Positions 23,790 through 64,000 of a stretch of 64,000 nt of DNA are shown one piece after another. How positions within the stretch are numbered: the first letter of the stretch is position 1; each line of letters opens with the position of its first letter. The translations under genes and the position numbers were made by a program. Under the pieces are notes generated by a model. It was not told the DNA's origin. It did not search any database and saw only the letters and a program-made list of their open reading frames with translations. The stretch lies in NCBI GenBank assembly GCA_964106915.2, contig OZ066916.1, one strand, 5' to 3'. Source of the stretch: Podarcis gaigeae. Lineage: Eukaryota.

Positions 23790-25260
23790 AACAACCCAAA
23801 CAAACGAAGCCACCCCACTTACCGACCTGCAACGCCCTGGAGGAGTTCTGCGAGCGGACGTGGCTGTTCCTCGGAAGCATCCAACTCGCCCTTCCGGGAA
23901 GCTCCGAAGCAGCCTCGCTCGCCGGCTGCGCCTATCGCATTCGCCGGCAGCCGCAGGGGCGGGGCTTCGGGCGTCTCCGCCTCCTATTGGGCCGAGCGAA
24001 GCGAGCGCTGAACGGGGTGGAGCCGCTTCCACCCGCGCAGACTCGACGCGTAACTCGGGGTCACTGGACTCGTGGCATTCGAGCGGGGCTTCCTTCCTCC
24101 TCAGCTGAGCGTGGCAAAAATCTCGTCTCCCGAGCTTGGCTGGATCCGCCTTGGCAGACGTGCAGCTGCACCGCGCGCTGCTATAGCGGGCTAGAAAGCG
24201 GCGTGCGCGCGGCGCCATAAGGACACCGAGAGCAGCCCCACTGGATTAGGCCTGTGGGAAGCGCGCAAGCAGGATCGGAGAACAAGGGCCCTCTCCCCTC
24301 CCGCGGTTTCCAGCCGGCAGGTGGGCCTTTGGCAGGAGAGAGAGCGCGACTGCCCTGCCAGGCCCGCCCGCGAGCTTCGGCCGGGGCAGCCTTGGCCAGT
24401 CCTTAAGCGGACTTCCTCAGAAGTAAGGCTGTGCTCGGGGAGGGCCTATTTGTCCCCTCTAGGAAGCGGCAAGCCTGGCTTTTAAAACGAACAGGCCCCG
24501 CTTCCCAGTGAGCTCAGGGTGAAAAAATAAAATGAAACAGTAACGTATCTTAACCGCAGGCAACACGGTTCATATAGAATTTGAATTCAAACCTCCCTCC
24601 GCTGCGTCTGCCACTGAGGCTCCCTTCGCGCGCGCGAAGCCCAAGCCCTCCTTTAGCGGCGCGCATGCCCAAGAAAGGCGCTCGCGCCGCCAACATTTCG
24701 CCTCCTGGGATCACGTGGCTGTTCAGGTGTTTCCATGCGCGCGAGGGGGGGTGTGGTCATTCGCATGCGCGGGCCTCCCAAGAAGTACGTTGGTTCGGAG
24801 GGTCCCCGGCGCGAGACGCTGCGCTCCCTTTGCCTCTGAAGAAACGAGCCAATCACTCGCTTCGTCCCTAAGAGCGTGGGCTGATTGGCCTCGCTCCCGG
24901 TGTTGAGGGATCTGGCGGCCGGTTCCTTTCGATGGGCTTCGCAACGTCCTCCGCCGCGTGCTTATTGGAGGGAGGGGGCGGAGCCATTTTAATTCCGCAC
25001 CGATGGCTGTAAGGGCGGGTAATGGCCGCTGGAGGATTTGCCGATGCCTCCCGCTCTCAGATACCGCTGGTGGAGCCTCTTGCCGGGCTTCAGCAGTTAT
25101 TATTATCCCACGGCAAGGGCTTTCAAGAGAGGGCAGCCTGCTGCTCAGCGTTTGGGGACTGTGCCGAGTGTGCACCACGTGATTTCTCTGCATTGGAACC
25201 TTGTTCACACGTTAAGTTGAACGTTCCACGCTGTGTATACGTGCGTACACGTTTTTGTCT
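23790..25260. promoter_or_regulatory. CpG island / bidirectional promoter shared by PGM3 (-) and RWDD2A (+)
   Basis: Very GC- and CpG-rich stretch between divergent genes. GC boxes (~23956, ~24975), CCAAT boxes (~23987, ~24849, ~24883, ~24964), NRF1-like GCGCATGC/CGCATGCGC (~24661, ~24762), YY1-like GCCAT/ATGGC (~24214, ~25022). Confidence 0.85.
23823..23940 (-). other. PGM3: Probable non-coding first exon of PGM3 (5' boundary approximate)
   Basis: Strong donor TCG|GTAAGT at the CpG-island edge (23823/23822); GC box (GGGGCGGGG, ~23956) and CCAAT (~23987) just upstream on the minus strand. Confidence 0.6.
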
Positions 25261-27426
25261 GAAAGTGTGCCCTTGATCATTTTTGTACAGCTCCACTGTA
25301 GTTGGTGTGAGTTGAATGTTATATTTTAATAACTACAAGTGTACACCTGAACTATTTATGTATGCAGTTGTACGGATTGTATACATGTTGGATCTAAAGT
25401 GAAGGGGCGGGGTACTCTAAACTGGACACAGTATAGATTACTAACCCTGCATATTACTGTGAGGTCTAAAAGAGAGGTGAATACATTGTATTGTACTTCT
25501 TGAGACATTTGGTTGTTCACCAGCAGAGAGAATTTTCATTAGCTCAGGGATAGGTAACCTGGGGCCTTCCAGTTGTTGCAGAACTAAACATCTGTTGTTG
25601 CTGACCATGGCTAGGTTGACTAGGGCTGGTGAGCCTTGGTCCAACAACACCTCAAAGGCTACATACTCCCATTCCTAAATTAGATGGACTTTTGATCTGA
25701 CCCAGAAGGGCGAATCTTACATTTTTAAATTGCAACCGGAACTGCCACATAAAAACAGTAAGATCATACAGCTGGGGTGGGGGGAATTGCTGACAAAACC
25801 AAGTGGTACATTAGTTTTCATCTGCTATTGTTTGGTCCCACCTACCTTCTACAGAACATCTGCCTACTATGTGATGATGTGCTTGCATCACAAGTCACTG
25901 GGTGGGATTTGCAAGTTAAAGTGAAGGGTCACTATCATAGCCACATATGATAGCCTGACAAAACTGAGTCAAAGCTGACTGGAGAGCACTCTAGCTGAGC
26001 CTCTATGGAACATTCATTGTTTGTATTGGACTCTCAGAACAAATGTGAGCAGCTTACAATACATTACAGAGGAGTTAAGGTGGAAACCCATCAGTTGACT
26101 TCTCTGGTTTGGGGAGCCCACCTTGAAAGTGGTATTTGAGACACATGTTGTTCAAATGTGGATGTTAATATCTTCTAACCAGTGTTTGAAATTTGCCAGG
26201 TGCCTTTTGTACCTGACTATCAGCTGTTCGCAACCAAGTGAAGATGCCACCTGACATCTTCACCATTTGGAAATGCATGTCTTGGCCAAAAATAGCAGCT
26301 AGACATTTCCTTTAGGCAACAGTAACCTTGGTTTAAGGAGCCATTTGGCACCTAGCTTATATATCTAAGTTCCTAACAATGCTTCAAACCAAGACGTCTT
26401 TAACTAGGCACCAGCTGCTGGATATAAGCTTACAGATGCTTTGCTCTTTCCTGGTCCTTTTCACTTAAAACAAAAGAGCCTGTTGGACCAGGCCATTGGC
26501 CCATCTAGTCCAACATCCTGTCTGTTTAGTGGGCAACCAGATGCCTATGGAAAGCCCCAAAGGACCTGAGTGTAACACTCTACTCTCTAATGATTCCTAG
26601 AAAGTGGCATTCAGAGGCATACTGCCACAGTGTACAGAGCTAAGCCAAGGTTTTGGTTAGTGTGTCATCTGAACTGGGACTCGCTGTTAACCCCCTTCCT
26701 CACTAAGCACAATCTGTAGCCTAGGTTTGTTTACTTGGCAGCAAAAATGAACAGGTAGGAGCAAAGTGGCCGCAAGCTCATCTCCAAGAACCTGCACATT
26801 CATGAGATCCCAACGTGCCATAGTTTGACTTACCATTTTGTGCAAACCTGGCCAGCGACTGTTATTTAGCTGCCAGCCAAAGACAATACATTAAGAAGGA
26901 AGAGAAAGCAGTAAGAGAACCACTTAAAAGTACAATGTGTTTTCACTGCAAACAGAACACTCAGGATACTTTGCATGGATATGATTTTCACTGTGGAAAC
27001 TGGATAGTCATTAATGTTTGTAATTTTATGACCCGTGCAAAATTGAATGCATGAATCAATAATAATATTAGCACTAGGTCTTCAGCTGCTTCCACATCTT
27101 GTTGGGATTCTTCATATCCATTGTAATTCACTTCATGTGTTTCTTAATGTTAGAACTGGATGCATTTATGGCCTTGGTTTTATTTGTGCAACTAGTCTCT
27201 TTGAACTCCTTGGACCCAAAACCTAAATCTTGTTGAGGATTATAGGCTTTATTGTTATCACAAATTTAAAGGAGTGTTTCATTTGTTCAAAACTATTTTG
27301 TTCCGGCTTGGACGACTTTACAATCTGTATTGTGGGGTGGGTGGGAGAGAATATTAGCAGACATAAGAACAACATTATTGATACGATCTCTTCCACCTGC
27401 AGGTGGCTGACTTCACATCTGTAACA

Positions 27427-27627
27427 ATGTCCAGCATAATAAAAGAAAGACTTGAACTTCAAATGGCAGAATTAGAAATGCTTTTTTCTATGTTTCCTGA
27501 TAAAGGAGAAATAACTCTTCGGGATGAAAATAATTTCCTTAATGCTCAGAAATATCTGAACAATACAAGTGAAAATCTACCATATATAATTGAATATTCA
27601 GTTGCCGTTACTATTGATGAACCAAAG
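27427..27627 (+). CDS. RWDD2A: RWDD2A first coding exon
   Basis: Acceptor ctgcag| at 27402, ATG 27427 (acaATGt), donor AAG|gtgaga; 201 coding nt. Confidence 0.92.
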
Positions 27628-28844
27628 GTGAGATAATCTGTTTTGGGTTGGGATGTTTTTCTTTGCTTTATTACCTTTTAAAAAACATAATATTTTACTT
27701 AATTATTAAATATTTGTGCAAGCATTTCTACCTTCAATAAAGCCAACGTGTATTGTATTGAGCCAATATATTAACTTAAGCCAGTGTACTATATTTCATG
27801 CCCACAGCTGGAGTTAGCCTTAGCCATTCATGCTTCATTTAGTCACTTCTGTATTAAATTACAATACAGTGGTATGGTACCTCTGGTTGCAAACGGGATC
27901 CGTTCCAGATACTCGTTCGCAACATGAGCAAAACGCAGCCCACGTCTGCGCGGGTCGCGATTCACTGCTTCTGCGCGTGGTGTCATTTTGCGCATCTGCG
28001 CATGCGGTGAAACCCGGAAGTAACCCTTTCTGGTACTTCCGGTTTGCCTTGGGACGCAACCTGAAGCAAAGGTAACAAGAGGCATGACTGTACTGTGATG
28101 TGCTGCATGCAAAGCAGTCACTGAAGACTGGAAAGTTTTGTGAACATATGTTTGCTTTTTAATTTTAGGCAAGAGTAAATTTGCAGGTAGCCCTACCTCA
28201 TGACTACCCTCAGGTGCCACCACACCTTTTTGCAAGATCAAGTGCTGTAGACAGGCAGCAACAACTGCAGCTCAACAAGGATCTCGCTTCTTACATTGCT
28301 TCTTTGGAGCCAGGAGAACTTTGTGTATGTGCTGCTGTGCAATGGTTGCGAGACAACAGCATAAGCTACTTACAAAACGGCAAAATCCACTGCAAAAATG
28401 TGCCAAGGGAGAGCGAAGTTAAAACGTTATTCAGCCGGATGTGGATTTACAGCCACCACATCTATAGACAAGAACTAAGGAAAAAGATTTTTGATTGTGC
28501 AAAGAAATTAAATCTGACTGGTTTCTGCCTAACTGGCAAGCCTGGAATCATTTGTGTGGAAGGTGTCAAAGAAAACTGAAGAATTTTGGCACGTTATTAG
28601 ATATCCCAACTGGAAACACATTTCCTGCAAACATGTCGAGAATAGAGAGATTGACGGAAATGGGGATAACCTGCGTCTCTTTCAGACTTTTGAAGATTTA
28701 CAGTTTCAAGCCCATGGTGACTACGGCCTGAGGAATGACTATCACATGGACCTTGGACAGTTCCTAGAATTCCTTAAGGGTCATCAAAGTGAACATGTAT
28801 TTCAGATCTTGTTTGGCATTGAAGGCAAATGTTCTGACAACTAA
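27427..28844 (+). CDS. RWDD2A: RWD domain-containing protein 2A; two coding exons (27427-27627, 28169-28844) with an apparent 2-nt frameshift at ~28577 (possible loss-of-function allele or assembly error)
   Basis: [24 protein letters not shown]..., RWD YP motif (PHDYP), [21 protein letters not shown], then in a shifted frame [19 protein letters not shown]...[12 protein letters not shown]. Head-to-head with PGM3. Adding 2 nt gives 879 nt = 292 aa. Confidence 0.92.
27867..28090 (+). mobile_element. Tc1/mariner MITE, family B (CpG-rich)
   Basis: TA|CAGTGGTA...GGCATGACTG|TA; same family as 39268-39501 and 54109-54354. Confidence 0.85.
28169..28844 (+). CDS. RWDD2A: RWDD2A last coding exon, frameshifted (premature TGA 28577-28579; ancestral stop TAA 28842-28844)
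   Basis: ttttag| acceptor; overlapping ORFs 28181..28579 and 28554..28844 carry consecutive halves of the protein. Confidence 0.9.
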
Positions 28845-28917
28845 CAATAAGCTATGTTTTTAATTTTCTTGTCTCTGTTAATAGAAATGAAATCAATCTA
28901 TGAATCTGCCGCAAGAA

Positions 28918-28923
28918 AATAAA
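28918..28923 (+). terminator. Candidate RWDD2A polyadenylation signal AATAAA
   Basis: AATAAA ~75 nt after the ancestral stop. Confidence 0.55.
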
Positions 28924-30218
28924 AGTATGGATGAGTGAATGTGACAAGTAACTTAAAAGGGCACGCACAGAAACTTTGTTTAGTATTTGAACAGTTAGCA
29001 CATCAGTTTGTAATTTTGTTCAGAGCAAAACTTCTCAAATTGGCTGCAAGAGTAAGGGGGCTTGATCTGTACTGAGCCAGATGAATGCCACATCTAAGTC
29101 CAATCCTGATAGGCATTGTTCCCCACAATCTAAGGTGTCTAGGGAAGGAGTGGACAATATTTTTGAGGTGAAGGGGGAAATGGTTGAGGGCACTAGCAGT
29201 GGCCAGGGCCAAAGTGAGTGGGCACACCTCTTTTTTATGTCCTTCCTTAAGCCATCATCAGTTCCATCCCTTTTCTCACAAACATGCACTCACAGCAATT
29301 CATTCACTCCCCATTTCCCTTGTATCGCCATCTCCCCCATTCACACACCTTCCTTTCAGTTTTCCTTCCAAGGTGGGTGGAGGGAAAGAGGCTCCTTTTT
29401 TTCCAGCCTAGAAATGAAGGAAAGGAAGCAGTTGGGGCAGGAATTGAGTAATCCGTTTCGCCACTGGTAGCTCACAGTAGATGCCAAGGATGCATTGGGG
29501 ACAAGGTTGTAGGAGACAGAGGGCTGCACTCAGGTTGTCCATCTGTGCTCTAGCATTTCAAATACAAATAATTTCCAGCACCATTAACTAAAGTTTGCAG
29601 ATATTCAAGCTGAGCCACAAAGTAGTAGCAGGTTCACACAAAAAATTTTTTTTGTTATCTCAGGCCCAAACTGTACAAAGGCTATATATTAGAAGATACA
29701 TGAGCACCTCTTTTGGATGTTGTACCAGACATTGCATAGTTCACATGCTCATTCACTAAGGCATGAGTAGTTACGCTACGGAACATCCAGTAACCTTCCT
29801 GACTGATGCCTCTTTGTCATTGGTTTACCGGATGGCTTCTCTGTTAAGAATGTGCACATGCCTAGCAAACTACTGACTCAAACTACTTTTCCTTGATTAG
29901 GAACATTTGATCTGGCATGAAAAAACTTATACTTAGAAGTACTTAGCTTTTTATCTTGCTTTTTCTATAGGTGTCACCAGAAAAATACTAAAAGAAATAG
30001 CTGAGACACTTTTAAACTGATGATATATTGCTTTGTCATTTGTTTGCAAAAAAAATTCATCTGAACTTAAGCGCAGAACTGTAATATATGACCATAATTT
30101 CATACAGATGTCAAAGTATATGAAAAGTACATTGTAAATGTGCTTCTACAGTACTGCTCTGTAGTAAATTTAGCAGAGCCCCTTCAAAAGAAATATTTAA
30201 AAACTGCCTAAATTGATT

Positions 30219-30224
30219 TTTATT
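30219..30224 (-). terminator. Candidate ME1 polyadenylation signal AATAAA
   Basis: tttatt on + strand, ~220 nt past the ME1 stop. Confidence 0.5.
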
Positions 30225-30444
30225 CTCTTAGGCATGTGCTATTTTAGCTTAATTAATTAGCTTAAAGTGAAAGAAGTGTAACAATTCTACCAAAATTTCA
30301 TGGCTTTAAAAAGTATTCAGTGCTGCTAGAAAAGAAAAGAAATACATCCTGAGTTCTGACAAATTGTGCTATGATTTGACAAAAGTTGAAAGCTACCAAA
30401 TATCTGAGTGCTTCCAGTATTGTTGCAGTGCTGCTGTCTTTCTG

Positions 30445-58587
<28,143 letters not shown>

Positions 58588-61500
58588 TTAAGTTGTAATA
58601 TGCTGGTCACCTGCCTTATGCTATAGTTGAGCAATGAGTTTGTGAACTGCCTTCCTAGTGAGCTCTGTCTCCCTTATTATTAATTTTCAAGAAGTGCTTT
58701 AAAACATTCCTACTCATTTCAATTAACTTCTTGCACCTTTTCCTAGAAAGAATAGGGTATCTGGACCTGCGATAAGTAGGATTAAAATTGAAAGATCATT
58801 GGCTTAGGTCACCTACTGCAGCTAGATCTATTTGAAAATCACCAAACAAACTCTGTTACTGCTTTCAGATTGGATTAAAAGCAAAATTGGTTATTCTTAT
58901 TAATCCTCTACATAGATCTGTTAATCATTTGCATGGATTTTATTTCTGTGGAGGAACAACCTATGCTATTATAGTTATACAGATGAGGAAACAAAGCTGG
59001 AACCTATGATAGACAATCACTTGAAATAGCACCTATGTAGATACGTGCATTAACACTTACACAGTCCCATTATGCCTGCAGCATCATGAGATATACTAGC
59101 AATCCTTCTCACTCAAAATGGCCCACACATTATACTATTACTTTTATATGGGGGAGAAATGCTACATTCACTGGTTATACACATATTTTATTCCAGTATA
59201 ATCATCCACACCCTCCTATATTAAATAACACTGTAAAGATGGTTTAGGGAACAGTACAATCTAATTAGTCCCACATCCCAGTAGGTCTTACAGCAGTTAA
59301 TAAATCTTGCACAGTGTCAACACTCAGTAGACTGAGTTCTAAGGCTACAATCTACTAATGGCATGGGTACTTTCCCTATGGAGCTAACAACCAAGACAAC
59401 ATTTACCGTAACCTTTAGCAATCTGTTTTTGCTTCAGAGGAAATGCATGTATAACCAAAAAGTTTGAGCTTTCAATTAATATCTAAAGCAGGCCTCAAAT
59501 TAGCTTCTGAATTGAGGTTTTTCCCAAAATATTTGTATGGCTCTTCAGCTGTCATGCCATTTCAACACTTCTCAACAAAATATCCTCATCTGGTTTTGTT
59601 TTTTTACATTTTGTGATGCTTTTCGCCACTCATCATTAAATAACATGGTACCACCAGATAACAAAGATAGTATAGAGCCCAAATTAGCAGACCTGCACTT
59701 TCCAACATCTACTTATGCTATAATGAAGAGATAGAAAGGCATCTTACAATAAATAGATTGAAATAACATCGACGTCACTGTGCCTTTTAAAAATTTGCAG
59801 CACAATGGCTTCTTGGAAGGGTCAAACCAAAAAAGTTAAACTCTTCCAAGAATATTAGAGGCACTCTATAATTTTACTATTATTTGAGTATGCTGGGGAA
59901 AAATAAATGTCACATAATCTTCTAAAAATGCTAGTAATGTTATAAGATCTGTATTACATAACTGTGAATTATTCCTTGAAATAAAAATGTGGGTGTTATT
60001 AAAGCATTAGCAGCCTCATACCCAGCACTGCTCAAGAACTCTAAGAAACCAAAAAATCTGTGCAGTGGTTAAAATCAGTGCTGTCTGACATCTTTATTGA
60101 AATGGTGTCCCACTGTATATCTGAAGACAGACAAAATCCTGCTCCTTCATCTCAGGAACCAACATTTGGTTACAATATCTTAACAGGTGCCCAAATACAG
60201 AGAGGACAGACAACTTTCTAAAATATATAGTAGACTGGAAGCGTAAAGAATCGAACAGTTTCCACTTTTCTCATACTTTTTGGATCACAGCTCAATATTA
60301 TGTACATTTATTCTGGAATAAGCCCCACTACATTCCATTTATATAGAACTATCAACTCAGAGTACTTTCCTGGTACACAGATTTCCCATACGTTTTATGG
60401 AGCAATATCTGTGAATGAAACCCCCTTTTTCACAGTGCCATAAAAGGTGACCAGTTAGTTTAACCAAGCAAGAATACATAAACATTTCTCTGAATTTCAA
60501 ATCAAAATGTTTTGAAAATCTTAACCTTGAATTTAGTCTGTCCAGTTTCTCTCCCACTGTGACTATCTTTGCTGCCTAAAACAGTATAAAACAATAAAAT
60601 CCATGTTTGAGGGGCACATTCTCTAACACATAGGACCAACTTTAGGTATTTTGATATTCTTGATGTTCTGGAGGCTGCACGCCAGCAGTGGGTGGGTCTA
60701 AAAGTGGGTATGGCCACCCTACACTCACACATGTAGATGCACACACACAAGACAGGCATGTCGGCATCCAGGGGTTGAAAGGCCAGCTGGCTAGCCCCTA
60801 GCTGGATCGTCCCCTCTCAGCCGTCACGCTGCGGAGATTCATAGACCTCTGGCTCTAACGTAAATCAGCGACTCAAGCTTGCTGCCTTGAGCACACTATA
60901 CATAGCAGTGTAACTGCACAACAGAAGAGGCTGGGGCTGTGGATACGTACTAAAACTATGGATTTATTTTACATAAATCAGAACAAAGAAACATGTCGTC
61001 TCTCCTTGCAGTCTTCTCGGAGAGAGATTCAAAACAAAAGCAATATACAGAGCGTAAGTTCCGCTCATGGGACCCAGCAGTCTGTGCTGGAATGTAAACA
61101 GACATGTGACACGCAACAATCCCAAAAGGTGGAATAGAATCTCCCAACAAGGCATACACACAGACACATAGTTCCCTCCTTCTTAGCTGATTTGTGCAGA
61201 TGAGTTAGGGAGAGGGCTATTGATCCCTCTCCAGTCAACAAATTAACAACCTGAAGATGAGATCAGGCAATTTACATGCCTAGCAGGCCTCTGAGCTCCA
61301 CCCACCCCACCACTGTGTCCAGTAGTAGTAGTAGTAATATGATTATTATTTTGCCAACAAACAAAATATTTTGCCAGAAAACTGCAAACTGGGGAGTAGC
61401 CATCCTTGTTCTAAGAAACACTTACCCTCTTTGCCCTTGGGATTACTGATGTACTTGCCCTAGCAACTCCTCCTCACTGAGCCTCTGCCTAGAGCTAACC

Positions 61501-64000
61501 ATCCCTATAACAATGAGCTCTTTCCACAATAAACTTGGGTCAGTTTGCAATATAATTTTTTCCATTACGAAGTAGTGTTCTAAGCTGCTACCAATAATTG
61601 GATTTCTGCTGCCCCAAAGCCTAGGAAGCGGTATGAGTCACAGAACATCTGGATTCCCTGATCCTCACTGCTGCTTAGTCATAATTGTTGTCCTCTTTCC
61701 CATCTGGTGCTGTGATCTCCTGCTTCCTTCAGGTTCACTGAGATTTCAGTGAATCAATTTTAGTCCACCACCCCATGTTTTGAGGGGTTTGCTATTACTA
61801 AAGAATCTCAGTAATAAAAGTCCAGGATATTTCCCCCATCTATTATTTATATTTTCTTCAATGCAGGGTCTTCATTCATCCGATTCTCTTCTTGTTAAGC
61901 CCCTTATCTCTTTTATTAAACATAACCATAATTTCTCTCTTAAACATAAGTTGCTGCTATACACCAAGTCAAATCACTGTTTCAGCAAATTCAATACTAA
62001 ACTTTCCAAGGTCTCACGCAGATACCTTCCCCAGCCTGATTAATATTAATATTTTGGCAATCATAGCTATATTTTACATGGCATGCTTTAACTGGAGATG
62101 TCCAGAACCTTTCTGCACACAGCACACATGTGCTAGCAATGAACTACACCCAGAACTGTTTTATGACTAACTTCTTGTCTTCTATTCTAAATTTTACATT
62201 TTTAAGTGTGTATGTATTAGGGGTGTGCACTGATCATATTTGGACCCCAAAGCACAGGACCAGATAAAATAAATCACCTTGATTGCAAGTTATGAAGGAA
62301 CTCCCTCTGCACCTTCCTGATCCTGGTATTTTCCTAAAGTTGGATTCTCCCTCTTACCTCACATTCCAACATCTTCCTTATATACATAGTAAACTTAAGA
62401 GGGTGTTTGTTTGTTTTTTTTGTATAATGTCCACAGCATTTATTTGATACCTGGATGGACGAAACACTTCAGGGGTCTTTGCTTTGAATTGTGCAGCTTC
62501 GTAAAGCTCCTGTTTAACCTCAGATGTGCTCAGTTTTCCACAAATACATTCCAACTTGTCTTAAGCCTTTGTCCAAATCCAGTGCACTCCCCTAGCGTGT
62601 ATGGCTGGAGATAATATGTAGATATATAATAGAAGGCACTTCAGTTTGTTCAAGGAGGGATCACCATTTCCACAAATTCCTCTCTCATCACATCACACAC
62701 TGTTGCAGCGGAAAAGAGACAAGCCAAAACCCTGTTCAATGTGTGGAACAATGCTCACACTTCTCTGGGTTCAAGCAACTTTATACATTTTCACAACAGA
62801 AACTTGAAATGTTGTGGATACATTGTCCAAGTAATTCAAATTATGAAGAAGAAAAATCTGAAAACAGGAAATTTTGTAACTTTCACTCAGAACACAGGAT
62901 ATACACTATGCTATACCTCAACATAGCAATCAGCACTGTTATACACAGCAAGCATTAAAAGCCATACATGAGACATTGTGAAGATGTGTGGTTTCTCCTC
63001 ACAGCTTTAAATAGCCTTAGGAGAAGTTCACATTTCATTATGTAAATGGTATTGTAGATATATAATAGAAGGCACTTCATAGGCGTTCCTTTTACCATCT
63101 ATACTAAGAAGTACCATTATTTGCACAAGTCTACTCTGTATTCCCTTCTCTACTTCAGTCCTTTTTGCTTCCTTTCTCAGTTTTTTGTTATTGCTATGAT
63201 CCAAGTACTAATGCAATATCTATTCATTTTGTTTTATTTTGTTTTTTATAATCTGTTTTGGCAAGGACCTTCTAAATCTCTTGTAAAGTTCCTTCTTTCA
63301 ATACTATATTAATAATTATTATTTCATTCCTTTATCACAATACAATTTTGGGCTATGATGCTGAAAGACAGCAGAGCTACAGTGAAGTCAATTTTGGCTT
63401 AAGAAAAATATTAAATAAGCACCATATGTTCTTTGTAAACAGTACGATATTCAGAAAATAAGATTTTAACTAAGGAAACCTTGGTTTTCAGGATTTCCGA
63501 GCTAGAGGCACTTGCAATTAGCTTATTATCTCTTGAGCAAAATAAGTTTTTAATAACAACGGTTATAAACATGTCATATATATATATATATATTACACAA
63601 GCAGTCTAGATTTCTGGGATTGCATGCATTCTCTATGCCTTCCTTTTCTCCACCGCCACAATATGACTTGGCAAAGGTATTGTGTATCAGTTCTCCTGCA
63701 AAGTCCATGAAAATTAAAGAAGGTAGTTGTATCCTCAAAATGGAGATTGTTATTGTTAAGTATTTTACAGTACTACCATACAGTACTGATTTTTTAAACA
63801 GACCAAGACCAAGCTAAATTGTAACAGTTATATCAGCTGTGAATAAGGTACAGTCAGACTTACTAAAAACAAACAAACCACCCTTTAGTAAGCTTAAGGT
63901 TTTACTTATCAACCTGTGAATTTGCCTTCTTGTATTCTGCATGGCCAGCAGACCTCACAAAGGGTGGCTCGACCGCTCCTTGGCATACAGCCATGGGACT

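Noticed and set aside
23711-25276. Long ORFs (up to 169 aa) on both strands in the CpG island, including 23739..24218(-) as a possible PGM3 N-terminal extension
   Set aside because: Arg/Ala/Pro-rich chance ORFs of GC-rich DNA. The 24218 ATG is upstream of the likely PGM3 core promoter and out of frame with exon 2 via the CAG acceptor.
61700-63350. T-rich stretches possibly from an old antisense LINE ORF
   Set aside because: No recognisable RT or endonuclease motif by eye; needs a profile search.
63900-64000. Possible next ME1 exon at the window end (donor-like AA|GTAAA on minus strand)
   Set aside because: Translation (..AEYKKANSQVD) does not resemble the expected ..YDDFLDEFMEAV.. segment; that exon must lie beyond the window.

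Overview
Eukaryotic, intron-rich vertebrate DNA from a squamate reptile. A lacertid-type lizard is inferred from the Sauria SINEs, a BovB/RTE fragment and abundant TA-flanked CAGTGGTACCTC MITEs. The window holds the conserved amniote gene block DOP1A(+, last 10 exons) - PGM3(-, complete, 12 coding exons, 543 aa) - bidirectional CpG-island promoter - RWDD2A(+, 2 coding exons) - ME1(-, last 8 exons). I reconstructed all exons by hand from GT/AG boundaries and reading-frame phase. Almost all other ORF-track entries are chance ORFs in introns or repeats. Most notable observations: (1) a 204-bp, ~98.5% identical inverted duplication whose one arm is the branch-point/polypyrimidine region of a 114-nt in-frame ME1 exon, nested inside an inverted Sauria SINE pair; (2) a single 2-nt frameshift creating AAC-TGA in an otherwise intact RWDD2A; (3) a MITE whose flanks are perfectly inverted rather than duplicated; (4) a MITE family carrying NRF1/CRE/ETS promoter motifs; (5) a consensus splice donor 19 nt after the PGM3 stop, facing the convergent DOP1A. 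I see no convincing novel multi-gene system; the novelty is at the level of RNA structure, local rearrangement and transposons. Repeat family names come from recognition, not a database search, and some repeat boundaries are approximate.
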